From the IMG/VR virus record IMGVR_UViG_3300025010_000004, positions 32,001 to 96,000 of that record: a stretch of 64,000 nucleotides of DNA; one strand, 5' to 3'. Both the position numbers and the translations under genes were made by a program. The notes under the pieces were generated by a model that was not told the origin of the DNA, did no database searches, and saw only the letters and a list, made by a program, of their open reading frames with translations. Below are positions 55,260 through 64,000 of this stretch, piece by piece (the first letter of the stretch is position 1; each line of letters starts with the position of its first letter). The stretch comes from a virus.

Positions 55260-55400
55260 TTACTCATCCAACATTACCAACTCTTCACCCAAAAACGTCC
55301 AAACAGCACCGCATAATCCACACTCCCTAACATCTTGAGAAAACCCGTCAGACGAGCTTAGTGCTACTTTTTTACGTTCTTTGCATCTAGGGCACTTCAT
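55260..55400 (-). CDS. 46-aa Zn-ribbon protein
   Basis: Hand-translated MKCPRC...RECGLCGAVW. Confidence 0.6.
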   Translation of the reverse strand: MKCPRCKERKKVALSSSDGFSQDVRECGLCGAVWTFLGEELVMLDE

Positions 55401-55430
55401 GTTATTTTCCTTTTCAATTTAATATGACAC

Positions 55431-55459
55431 ATTATACCACACTTTGTGTAATTTGTCAA
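55431..55459 (-). promoter_or_regulatory. sigma-70 promoter for the tRNA cluster/PhoH
   Basis: TTGACA-17-TATAAT. Confidence 0.85.
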
Positions 55460-55462
55460 GCT

Positions 55463-56182
55463 TTATTTTTTGTTCCAGATACTTTTCTTATTCTCGTATG
55501 CTTCAACGTCAAGGGTCCAATCTTTAATAGTTAACTCATGGTTGTTGAAAGGCAGTTGGAAAGTTTCATTTGCAGGGTACCCTCCCCACTTTTCGCTAAA
55601 GTACTTTCCGTCCATTCCAAAAGTAATACTATTAGCACTATTGTAGCTTTCTGACTTTCTTATAGTGGCCGAACCATAGTGCCAAAACAGCGACTGGTTT
55701 CCTATAAAGGCCCAATTAATGCCGGACAAATGCACCCTATGGTGGTAGTCGTTATCGCTGTAATACACGAACATATTTGGATCGAACGAGCCTACGGTTT
55801 CGTAGCACTCTTTAGACATTGCCCAACAGTTCCAACTGTATTCATTTGCTACTGCAAACTGTAGGTTTTTATCCTCGAATTCTTTAACATAATTTTCTAG
55901 AAACCCAGGCTCCATTGTCGTATCAGAACCAACCACTACTACTAGCTCGTAGCCATTACTGAATGCATACTCTAGTATTTTATTCCAAGCGGCACTTACT
56001 CCATTATGGTCAATACTTCTAAGAGTCGTAATTGTCTCTGTAAGCACTGAGTCAAATATACCAGTATCTTTATCTATGAACACAAGGTGGTCTACACTAT
56101 CTGATTTAGGCCAGCTTTTAATACATTTCTCTAGTAGGTCTGGGTTTGAAAATGCGGATGTAGCCAGTAAGCATTTTTTCAT
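55463..56182 (-). CDS. GT2-like glycosyltransferase
   Basis: NGVSAAWN, VGSFD, YYSDNDY..R, H.GSAT, YF.EKWGG. Confidence 0.85.
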   Translation of the reverse strand: MKKCLLATSAFSNPDLLEKCIKSWPKSDSVDHLVFIDKDTGIFDSVLTETITTLRSIDHNGVSAAWNKILEYAFSNGYELVVVVGSDTTMEPGFLENYVKEFEDKNLQFAVANEYSWNCWAMSKECYETVGSFDPNMFVYYSDNDYHHRVHLSGINWAFIGNQSLFWHYGSATIRKSESYNSANSITFGMDGKYFSEKWGGYPANETFQLPFNNHELTIKDWTLDVEAYENKKSIWNKK

Positions 56183-56214
56183 ACTAATCCTTTGCAGGTA
56201 ACTTTGGTATTAGG

Positions 56215-56934
56215 CTAGAATACTCTAGGGTCGTTCTCATGAGCGCTTAACTCATTTCTTATCTGCTCTTCGGTTATATTATGATGGTGTGCAGTAAGGC
56301 CTTTTTCTAAGTTAGACCTAGACATACGTTCTTTCCTATTTTTAACTCTACGTTCTACTACATAAGAAGGGTCTGCCATCTGCCAGTGACTTCCTATAAA
56401 AGCTGGTTCGTTACTGTCCCACGAGCAGTAATGTTTATCCCCTACCCAACACTCGTGGATACCTAGGCCCCATTTAAAATTAGGCAATCCACCTTTAATG
56501 ATATTCGGTTTTTTGTACATTTTGTGAAAGACCCCGTGCCTGCGTTGTTCTTTTATAGGCAGGCTAGGGTTAAGATCAGTTTCTGTATGGTGCCTAAAAA
56601 CATCGTACAGCTTAGTAAAGTAAACATCCTTTGTCCCGTCTAAGAGTTGGTAGTCAAGGATAAATTCATCTGCATCGACGAGGAACACAAAATCTGCAGA
56701 TGAATTTTGGTAGGCTTGGTTTAGAATATCCGTCTTTATAATATCATCCATTCCCGATGGAAATGAAAAGGAGCGAATTCTAGTATTAGGATAGCCCTCT
56801 ACTATTCTTTTGGTATCGTCGGTAGTATCGGCATCTAAATACACAGTGATTAAGTCTATGTCTTTGTAGTGGTTTAAGAAGAATGGCATAAGAAATTGTT
56901 CGTTATAAGCCATAACAATTAATTCAGTGGTCAT
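56215..56934 (-). CDS. GT2-like glycosyltransferase
   Basis: AYNE..MPFFL.HY, DxxTTD, VDADEF. Confidence 0.82.
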   Translation of the reverse strand: MTTELIVMAYNEQFLMPFFLNHYKDIDLITVYLDADTTDDTKRIVEGYPNTRIRSFSFPSGMDDIIKTDILNQAYQNSSADFVFLVDADEFILDYQLLDGTKDVYFTKLYDVFRHHTETDLNPSLPIKEQRRHGVFHKMYKKPNIIKGGLPNFKWGLGIHECWVGDKHYCSWDSNEPAFIGSHWQMADPSYVVERRVKNRKERMSRSNLEKGLTAHHHNITEEQIRNELSAHENDPRVF

Positions 56935-57821
56935 TATAGTAGCTCTCCCACAAACCCTCTACCTTCTCCGCAGTTTTCGTCATCGGCTATGTCGCCTCTA
57001 TAGTTACCTGGATACCAGCTTTTAATATTTTCTGCTAATTCTTCTTTAGTAAACTTATGGTCAAATATTTCTACGTCTGAGTCGTCAACCTTCTTAAGCC
57101 CAGCTTCCCTAAACTTAGCTAGAAGTAGCGGAGTAAACTTCTCAGTCTTATTTTTAATGAACTCCCTCTGCATTGGTATAGCCATACCACAGTTACCACA
57201 AAGCGCGCTAACTTGGTCTTGAAAGTCGTATGGAGTTTTGTCCCACCACCCATCCACAACAGGCCAAGCGTTAGCCCCGCCGTTTAGTATTAAATCCTGG
57301 CTGGCTGCGACTTCGCAGAAGTAACTCCCATGTTCATTGATGGTAGGGCACCAACTTTTCTGTACCCAGCACTGATTTAGGAGTTGGTCCTTTATACGCT
57401 TGTCCTCTACTACCTCCGACAAAGCCACAGTAAGAGGTTGGTGCTTGCACACCTCCTTCTGTGCTGGGTCATGTGGGTTGAATGCTACATACGAAAACGT
57501 TTCATTTATAGTTGGGAGATACTCGTTGTATCTAGGCCCTCCAGAAGTCCACAGGTACACCTTATTTCTAGGAAACTTGCTTCTAATTAAAGCGCACATT
57601 TCTATAAAGTTGCTGTGGAGTACTGGTTCGCCTCCAATTATACCTATAAGGTTAGGCCAGTTCTTAAGGGAGTTTAGAGCTTCTTCTATCTTCTCTAAGC
57701 TCATATCTTTTACCTGGTCTGGCCTTAAATGCCTACTGTATCTGGAGCAGTACAAGCAAGCTCTTCCACATTTTGAGGTAACATCTATCTGGCATACCCA
57801 GGCGTGATAAATAGGATTCAT
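56934..57821 (-). CDS. radical SAM protein with SPASM/twitch-like C-terminus
   Basis: CGRACLYC, IGGEP, later YFCE and LCGNCG. Confidence 0.88.
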   Translation of the reverse strand: MNPIYHAWVCQIDVTSKCGRACLYCSRYSRHLRPDQVKDMSLEKIEEALNSLKNWPNLIGIIGGEPVLHSNFIEMCALIRSKFPRNKVYLWTSGGPRYNEYLPTINETFSYVAFNPHDPAQKEVCKHQPLTVALSEVVEDKRIKDQLLNQCWVQKSWCPTINEHGSYFCEVAASQDLILNGGANAWPVVDGWWDKTPYDFQDQVSALCGNCGMAIPMQREFIKNKTEKFTPLLLAKFREAGLKKVDDSDVEIFDHKFTKEELAENIKSWYPGNYRGDIADDENCGEGRGFVGELL

Positions 57822-57824
57822 TAG

Positions 57825-58409
57825 TTATTTCCTTAGGAACTCTTTGAATTTATCTACAGATATTAACCTCAAGGCATCTACGCGATTCTCTACTAGCCAC
57901 TCCCAAGTAAGCTCTTCGTCCACACTAGGATTGTAAATTTTGTGCTCCTTAGGGAAAAATACTCCAACCCCGTAGTCAGTGTCTACTACGAAAGATTCGT
58001 ACCCATAGCCATAATTTATATCTACAACGGCCTTCCACACAGGACCCGTCCATTCTGAACATGTAGGAGGGACTGTTTGTAGATATTCTGAGTGTGGACT
58101 GCAATCATGCATAACTATTACGCCATTTGAATTAAGAACTTCCAGTGAATTCTGAAAATCCTTAAAAGACTGCTCTCTAGTGTGAAGTCCGTCTATAAAA
58201 ACTATATCAAACTTATCTTTATTGCCTGCGAAGAATTCATCAGAAGTCATTTCATGTGTGACCTCTTCACATTGCTTTACAGGGTCAACTCCTACCTTAA
58301 TTTGTGCATTTACGTTTCTTATAGAGTCGCCTACGTTGACACCTATTTCAAGATAGCTTTTGTAGCCGTACTTATCAATAAGACTATTAATTATATCTAT
58401 TCTATTCAT
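57825..58409 (-). CDS. class I SAM-dependent methyltransferase
   Basis: YLEIGV, GVDP, FIDGLH, IVMHD. Confidence 0.88.
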   Translation of the reverse strand: MNRIDIINSLIDKYGYKSYLEIGVNVGDSIRNVNAQIKVGVDPVKQCEEVTHEMTSDEFFAGNKDKFDIVFIDGLHTREQSFKDFQNSLEVLNSNGVIVMHDCSPHSEYLQTVPPTCSEWTGPVWKAVVDINYGYGYESFVVDTDYGVGVFFPKEHKIYNPSVDEELTWEWLVENRVDALRLISVDKFKEFLRK

Positions 58410-59745
58410 GCATTCCCTCTATAGCTACAGATTCGTCTTTCATTACTTCCTCAATTACACCTTCGAATTCTTTTGCAGCAAAGTCCCAACTGAACTCAGG
58501 TTTGTTGGCGAAGGCTATTGCCGACTTCGACCAAGCCTCTCTCTTTTTATCATCCCTAATCATATTCTTCATAGCGTTGGCGAAATCCGTAGGCTTTACT
58601 AGAGGACGTTCAAACGGCCCGTGCATTCCACCTAACCAGTATTTTTCTGCGTTAACTAAGAGGCCATTGCCTTTAACCATATCAGTTATACTACCAGCTC
58701 CGTCAACTCCTATCTGTGGTAGTCCACAGGCTGCTGATTCTAAGTGGCAAAGTTCAAACCCTCCGCCTATACAAGTAGAAATAAAGCAATCGGACATTCT
58801 ATATATGTCTGCTATCTCTTCGTTAGTAAGACCTTCAGTGGCTCTGTCTGAACTGTTGTTCGTTATGATTACCTTTCCATTAATTCCAAGCCTGTCTATA
58901 AGTTCTGTTAAGTTCCACCCAACATCAACATTTTTGCAACCCAAGACTAGTACTGAGTTTGGGTATTTCCTTACAACCTCTTTGAATGCCTGCAAGGCTA
59001 GAGGCTGCTGTTTACGAACTGAGTTTCTTCCTACGTATGTAAAAACGAACGCATCCTTGTTAATGTTGAATTTGCTTCTGATTTCAGCTTTGCGTTCAGG
59101 TGAACAGGGGTAGTACGTCGATAGATCAACCCCATGATTTATTGTTTTCATACTTGCTAAAGCCCTACTATAGTTGCCTATATGTAGTTTTATAAACTCC
59201 AGTTGCTTATCTACCCAAGCAGTTTCAGTACTTCTAGATTCTATAAGCTGATGCCCTGCCGCTCTAAGTTTGGTTATCTGTCTGACAAACTCGTTTCGTA
59301 TAGACACAAACCCAAATTCGTGGATAGGTACTATGTAGTTAAACCCAGCCAACATTTTAAGCCAGTTAATAGGAAGAGGCGCCCCGTCTATAGGAACATG
59401 AGTAACTGCCTTAAAAGTATTTCTGAGTTTGATAGGCACTATGGTATTATCGTTTATAAAAGAGTTCATGTGTACGTCCAACAGAGATATTACAACGGCA
59501 GGTTTGTACTCTTCTACGATTGATACAAATTTATCTTCTGAATACTGGTCTTCCCCGCTAGTATATATTTTCCAGTTAGGCTCTTGCTTGTAGCCTTTAC
59601 CTTCTGGATTTCCTAGCCCTAGTTCAGCTATTTCGTATTTATTAGTGGCGCTAAGTCTGTTCAGCAACTCTAAGGATACTTTTCCAAATCCTGAGTTAGA
59701 GGATACTGAGCAGTCAGAGTGCCATAGAATTTTAAGTTTGGACAT
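58402..59745 (-). CDS. GT4-like (GT-B) glycosyltransferase
   Basis: SGFG, INHGVD, VGRN..RK, GGGFEL..LESAACG.P, FSWD. Confidence 0.88.
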   Translation of the reverse strand: MSKLKILWHSDCSVSSNSGFGKVSLELLNRLSATNKYEIAELGLGNPEGKGYKQEPNWKIYTSGEDQYSEDKFVSIVEEYKPAVVISLLDVHMNSFINDNTIVPIKLRNTFKAVTHVPIDGAPLPINWLKMLAGFNYIVPIHEFGFVSIRNEFVRQITKLRAAGHQLIESRSTETAWVDKQLEFIKLHIGNYSRALASMKTINHGVDLSTYYPCSPERKAEIRSKFNINKDAFVFTYVGRNSVRKQQPLALQAFKEVVRKYPNSVLVLGCKNVDVGWNLTELIDRLGINGKVIITNNSSDRATEGLTNEEIADIYRMSDCFISTCIGGGFELCHLESAACGLPQIGVDGAGSITDMVKGNGLLVNAEKYWLGGMHGPFERPLVKPTDFANAMKNMIRDDKKREAWSKSAIAFANKPEFSWDFAAKEFEGVIEEVMKDESVAIEGMHE

Positions 59746-59811
59746 TAAAAGCTTCCTTCATATAGTTTATATACATCAAAGTGGTGGTAAAATATTAAAG
59801 TTATTTTCTAA

Positions 59812-59997
59812 TTACTGTGGAGTATACCCGTCTTTTGCCCAGCCTTTACCTTTGAAAACTACAGCTACAGGGCCTACAGTTGGTTCCATGTCGCTTCCGC
59901 AGGTTGGACATTCGTACGTCCTAGGACTATTATATTTTTTATATACGTCAGTTACAACTTCTCCGCATAATTTGCAACTAAAATCAAGCAACGGCAT
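59812..59997 (-). CDS. FmdB-family Zn-ribbon protein
   Basis: MP..DF.C..CG...CP.CG...FKG.GW. Confidence 0.8.
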   Translation of the reverse strand: MPLLDFSCKLCGEVVTDVYKKYNSPRTYECPTCGSDMEPTVGPVAVVFKGKGWAKDGYTPQ

Positions 59998-60252
59998 TTT
60001 CTATTTCCCCCTGTTCTTACGTCTTGAATCTTTGGCCATCTTGCGCTTGACCTTGGATTTAGCTTTTTTATTCTGAACCTTCTTCTGTGTAATCTCAAGC
60101 TTCTTTAGTTGAGATTTTTTGTAGGCCAGCAAATCAGCCACAACTTTATCGCGGCGGGATACTGCCTCTTCTATTCTAGCTACCTCGTCTACTGAAATTG
60201 ATTCGCCGGGTGAATCTGTCATTTTAAATCCTCCTTGATTTTTAAATAATGC

Positions 60253-60281
60253 ATTATACCATACTTTGCCCAAAAAGTCAA
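60253..60281 (-). promoter_or_regulatory. sigma-70 promoter for the glycosyltransferase operon
   Basis: TTGACT-17-TATAAT. Confidence 0.8.
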
Positions 60282-60339
60282 GTAAAATATTTCAATTTGG
60301 AAAAATAAAAAATTATTTTCACTTTCTGAAAGATTTTAC

Positions 60340-60470
60340 TTGACAAATTTCAATTTCTGTGGTATGATGCATTCATCGAGCCGTTAGGCGAAGATGAATG
60401 CTAAGAGGTTGTCATGGTGTTGACTTTGACTTATGCCTTTATATGCCTCCCCTACCCCTAAACATTATTT
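60340..60470 (+). ncRNA. promoter + GA/GAA hairpin cassette, copy D
   Basis: TTGACA-17-TATGAT; hairpin identical to copy B. Confidence 0.5.
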
Positions 60471-60491
60471 TATACGCCTTTCATTTTTTTC

Positions 60492-60520
60492 TTGACTTTT
60501 GGTGAAAAGTGTGGTATAAT
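60492..60520 (+). promoter_or_regulatory. sigma-70 promoter for the packaging operon
   Basis: TTGACT-17-TATAAT with TGTGG. Confidence 0.82.
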
Positions 60521-60584
60521 AGGTTTATTTTAAATTAATAAAAAAATAAGATTTTAGGTATATAAAAGATATAGGAGAAGTTGA

Positions 60585-60968
60585 ATGAACCTCGCATCAA
60601 TGTCCAAACACAGCATAGAACCAGAACAGGTTAGTAGAGACAATTCAGATTTGTGGAGATACAGCACAGTATTGTTCTCCGAGCTTAGGAAAGAAAAGTA
60701 TTCCAAGGCCGACCCCGCAGCTTACCTAAAGTACTGTGAGGCAGTTGGCCTAGAGTCGTATTCAGAACCATTTAAAGATATAGATTTGAAACTAGATATC
60801 GAGAAGTTCAAGACCAAGCTTAAAGGAGTAGACCTTGAAGTTTTTACTTTAATGCTTTTAGGAATGAAGCATAGAGAAATTAAAGATATAGTAGGAATAA
60901 GCCAAGCTTCTGTTAGTCTTAGGCTCAAGAGGATAAGATCACTTTTTAAAGATTTCTATTTTGATTAG
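60585..60968 (+). CDS. sigma region-4/LuxR-type HTH protein
   Basis: L...D.EVF.L...GMKHREI...VGISQASVS.RL.RIR. Confidence 0.7.
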   Translation: MNLASMSKHSIEPEQVSRDNSDLWRYSTVLFSELRKEKYSKADPAAYLKYCEAVGLESYSEPFKDIDLKLDIEKFKTKLKGVDLEVFTLMLLGMKHREIKDIVGISQASVSLRLKRIRSLFKDFYFD

Positions 60969-60976
60969 GAGTACTT

Positions 60977-61480
60977 GTGGATTTGTTTGAAGATATACCC
61001 AAGATAGACCCTACAGACGTACCTGATGTTGACCGTCGTGTAACTGTACAGGAAAGGCCTAGAGATTGGGAAGCAGAGAAATACGAAGTGGCTGAGTTGT
61101 TGGCCACTAAAGGCATGACACTACAAAGAGTCAGTGAAGTAACTGGTATCCCTATTTCAGCTATAAAGAGATGGAAGACTCAACCTGACTTTAGAAAGTA
61201 CGTAAATGATTATGTATTAGAGATAGCAGAAACATTAAAAGCTTACAGGCTTAGTTTATACCTGAGGATGATCGACGCTAGAGTTGAGAAGATTGAAGAG
61301 ATGGGAGATTATAGCCTACTGTCTACAAAAGATACTCTAGAAATTCTAGAAGCAATGAGACGGGAAACAGAGAAATCTGAAGATAAAGAACAGACTCAGT
61401 ATCTTAAAACAATAACGGCGCTAATCGACAAATCTCCTAGCACCATAGAAATAACTCATAGAGGAGATAAAAGTGAATAG
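60977..61480 (+). CDS. probable terminase small subunit
   Basis: N-terminal HTH (V....GI....IKRW...PDF); lies upstream of TerL. Confidence 0.6.
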   Translation: MDLFEDIPKIDPTDVPDVDRRVTVQERPRDWEAEKYEVAELLATKGMTLQRVSEVTGIPISAIKRWKTQPDFRKYVNDYVLEIAETLKAYRLSLYLRMIDARVEKIEEMGDYSLLSTKDTLEILEAMRRETEKSEDKEQTQYLKTITALIDKSPSTIEITHRGDKSE

Positions 61481-61895
61481 CCTATTTAACAAAATTAAAA
61501 ATATATTTACAGAATCTGTAGAATACCATACCAAGACTCCTTCGGCTGTTTTCAAAGCGTTTATTTCAATGGTGCTAATACAATTTGCAATGCTAAGTCT
61601 AGTATCTATAGGCTGTGGCGTTAAAGACATACCTGTAGCAGAAGGCGTGGTTTCTTCTGCACATTTTTGGTGGGGGCTTCTGGGGTTATTTGGAGCCTCT
61701 GCTTTAGCGTTTGAGAAGTACATCAAAGGCGATAAGTTGATGCTAGTACTAGGATACTTATCCGCTATATTGTCGTTGTCTGTGCTGACATATGACTTCG
61801 CTGGAAGTCAACCTCCAATCCTAACCGGAGGAATATTGACCGCAACTGCTATTATGTTCCTAGGAGGACTGCTATATGGAAGGCTCAAAGCCTAA
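61473..61895 (+). CDS. 4-TM membrane protein (possible holin)
   Basis: Four hydrophobic segments. Confidence 0.5.
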   Translation: MNSLFNKIKNIFTESVEYHTKTPSAVFKAFISMVLIQFAMLSLVSIGCGVKDIPVAEGVVSSAHFWWGLLGLFGASALAFEKYIKGDKLMLVLGYLSAILSLSVLTYDFAGSQPPILTGGILTATAIMFLGGLLYGRLKA

Positions 61896-62166
61896 TCAAT
61901 ACAACAAGGACTTATGTGATTTAAGGCATGAGACACAGGTGAAAGAGGCAGAGAGCCTTAGAGACGAAGATAGAAAACTATGGGCAGCTATAGACGAAAT
62001 TATAAACCCAGCCACTGGCCACATAGCTATCCTTAGAGTAGACCTAGAAAGGAAGATTGACAGGCAGGACTCAAGATTAAACGGGCTTATAATCTCAATA
62101 ATCACAGTGGCTGTCAGTGTCGCTATTGCAATAGGAGCCGAATTCTTTAAGAAATTCGTGAAATAA
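61876..62166 (+). CDS. coiled-coil protein with C-terminal TM
   Basis: ORF track. Confidence 0.55.
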   Translation: MEGSKPNQYNKDLCDLRHETQVKEAESLRDEDRKLWAAIDEIINPATGHIAILRVDLERKIDRQDSRLNGLIISIITVAVSVAIAIGAEFFKKFVK

Positions 62167-62170
62167 CCAA

Positions 62171-63742
62171 ATGAGTGTAGCAAAGAAACAGCCAGCATTA
62201 CGTAGTTCGAAGGTATTAGACTACCTAAAAGTAAAAGGAAGAATTAGTTCTTATACATTTCTCGACCATGTAGGAAACATACCTCACGACGGACAGCGAA
62301 AATTAATTGACGCGTATATGGAGAAGATAGAGCCTTGCGCAGAAACGGCAGCACTAGGGCTGGCCTTTGATTATAGGTACAGAACTTTAGTAGCTGCTTG
62401 TGGTCGTAGATGGGGCAAATCTTTCATTGTTTCAAATCTCGCAGCAGAGGAAATGCTTTACCCTAATGCCCAAGTTCTTATATGTTCTTACCGTCTAGAG
62501 AACTGTAAAGTTATTTTTAACCAAGTCAGAGAGATAATTAAAAAGCTTGGGGTCGAGATAGTAGCAGATAGGAAAAAGGAACTTGAGCTTGAGTTAGCGC
62601 ATGGGGCTAAGCTTTGTGTAGCATCTAACGATAACGTAGAATCTAGGCTAGGTAATTCAGTATCCCTTTTAATTATTGACGAAGCTAAGTTGTTCCAGCG
62701 AGATTTGTACGAGACATACCTAGAGCCTCAGCTTCTAGACTACGCTCCATACTCTAGAGCAATTCTAATTAGCTCTCCTAAAGAGGGTTGGCTGCAAGAC
62801 TACTATGACAGAGGGCAGAGTAACCATCCTGACTTTGAAGATTTTTGGTCAACGTCTTTTCCTACTTCATCAAACCCAACAATTTCAAAACAGTTCTTGG
62901 ATAGACTGCAGAAACGAGTACCGCCTGATGTTTGGGAACAGGAGTACGAAGGAAAATTTGTATCTACCGCTGGTAAAGTGTTCAAAGAGTTTAACAGACT
63001 AAACAACGTATTCACGGATAACGAGTTTCCTAAGTTTTGGGACTGGGTTAGAAGTAGAAACAACCCATTGTTTCACTCTGTAGACAGCGGCTACACACAT
63101 TACTTCGCTGGTATATATTGCTTGCATATGGAAGACCTGGACACTTATTTTCTGTTCGGAGAGTATCAGGTTAATAAGAAGGTAACACCAGTACATGCTG
63201 ATAACATAAAGACCTATGAAGAACGCTACGGAGTAGAACCGTATTTGCGATTTGCAGACCCAGCGGCTGCCCAGCAGATAGCAGACTTTACAGAATATGA
63301 TCTGTATTTCAACTTGTCTAGCAAGAGCCTTAGAGAGTCTATTAACTGCGTTAACACATTGTTCTTTCAGGATAGTAAAGTTACTAAAAGGAAGAGGCTT
63401 CTAGTGCATGAAAGTTGCGGAGAGCTTATACGGCAGTTATCACAGGTAGGTTGGAAAGAAGACTCCACGCAGATGGCTAGAGAGAACTCATCTGGAAGTG
63501 TAAAGCCTTTCACTAAGGACGATAACAATACCGACTGGGATTTGATAGACGCACTTAGGTATGGTCTGTTTAGTTACATAAAAATAGGAAACACCGACCT
63601 GTCAGTTATAGATCATACCATAGGTCTTACACCAGCAGGTTATGAAGAAGACGCAGACGAAGAAGATATGGATATGTATAGAGCTTTAGCTGCCCAAGGG
63701 ATGTTTAGAGTATCCAGCAATATAGACAATGAAGATGACTAG
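62171..63742 (+). CDS. terL: terminase large subunit
   Basis: PH.GQ, CGRRWGKS, LLIIDEA, ISSP, QEY.G.F, nuclease VDSG and DLIDALRYG. Confidence 0.93.
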   Translation: MSVAKKQPALRSSKVLDYLKVKGRISSYTFLDHVGNIPHDGQRKLIDAYMEKIEPCAETAALGLAFDYRYRTLVAACGRRWGKSFIVSNLAAEEMLYPNAQVLICSYRLENCKVIFNQVREIIKKLGVEIVADRKKELELELAHGAKLCVASNDNVESRLGNSVSLLIIDEAKLFQRDLYETYLEPQLLDYAPYSRAILISSPKEGWLQDYYDRGQSNHPDFEDFWSTSFPTSSNPTISKQFLDRLQKRVPPDVWEQEYEGKFVSTAGKVFKEFNRLNNVFTDNEFPKFWDWVRSRNNPLFHSVDSGYTHYFAGIYCLHMEDLDTYFLFGEYQVNKKVTPVHADNIKTYEERYGVEPYLRFADPAAAQQIADFTEYDLYFNLSSKSLRESINCVNTLFFQDSKVTKRKRLLVHESCGELIRQLSQVGWKEDSTQMARENSSGSVKPFTKDDNNTDWDLIDALRYGLFSYIKIGNTDLSVIDHTIGLTPAGYEEDADEEDMDMYRALAAQGMFRVSSNIDNEDD

Positions 63743-63751
63743 GAGTAATAC

Positions 63752-64000
63752 ATGAGTATTTTTAATAAATTGTTTGGCACTAAAGAAGTCGAATCGGTGC
63801 AGCAGGAGGTGGCCATATCTTCTCCTGATATATGCCTGTTCTACTCCGATGCCAAACCAGTAGTTAACTATACTGAGAAAGATAATCGGGCAGATAAGGT
63901 TAACTTTAGAGGTATAGGTTCAAGTAAGTATGGCTCTGGAACTCCTCCTGCGCTTTACGACAAATCTATAACAGCGGTAAAATCGTTCCCGATTGTGTAT
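63752..64000 (+). CDS. probable portal protein, N-terminal fragment
   Basis: ATG after AGGAG, open to the window end, directly follows TerL. Confidence 0.5.
   Translation, partial: MSIFNKLFGTKEVESVQQEVAISSPDICLFYSDAKPVVNYTEKDNRADKVNFRGIGSSKYGSGTPPALYDKSITAVKSFPIVY

Noticed and set aside
481-60076. Numerous plus-strand ORFs of 60-200 aa
   Set aside because: They are antisense shadows of well-supported minus-strand genes, with no RBS or motifs.
1-64000. Prophage or alternative genetic code
   Set aside because: No integrase, att site or host flank is visible; genes are intact in code 11 and all three stop codons are used.

Overview
A 64-kb segment of a large tailed (Caudoviricetes-type), apparently lytic phage genome; no integrase, capsid or CRISPR array is visible. 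Nearly everything from 1 to 60.2 kb reads leftward. 1-12 kb holds replication and nucleotide genes (primase, DnaC-like, DnaB-like and SF2 helicases, ATP ligase, ThyX). 12-49 kb is an accessory/host-takeover block: HD-GYP, M28 peptidase, a PRS-like plus NAMPT-like pair resembling NARP1, RtcB, an atypical GluRS, LemA/TPM, a type IV pilin-like gene, CCA-adding enzyme, PolX and tRNA-Glu. A repeat-rich control region lies at 46-50 kb. 50-60 kb carries a NADAR-like gene, tRNAs, PIN-PhoH and a glycosyltransferase/radical-SAM/methyltransferase cluster. A rightward packaging block (sigma-like HTH, small and large terminase, probable portal start) begins at 60.5 kb. The pilin sequence and sigma-54 sites hint at a Geobacter/Desulfobacterota-like host (inference). 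Five unexplained signals stand out. (1) 24 copies of the 16-bp palindrome GTAGAA-N4-TTCTAC sit at gene junctions and only between 2.6 and 48.8 kb. (2) Six sigma-54 (-24/-12) sites are packed into 475 bp at the head of that block. (3) A 14-gene paralog family shares a KHIK...EQTH...YN domain, and four members end in a DxCxVIIG-type tail. (4) A coiled-coil protein gene is followed directly by a 267-nt nested-stem RNA with heptamer repeats. (5) Four antisense promoter plus GA/GAA-hairpin cassettes recur. All calls come from motifs read by eye; no database searches were run.
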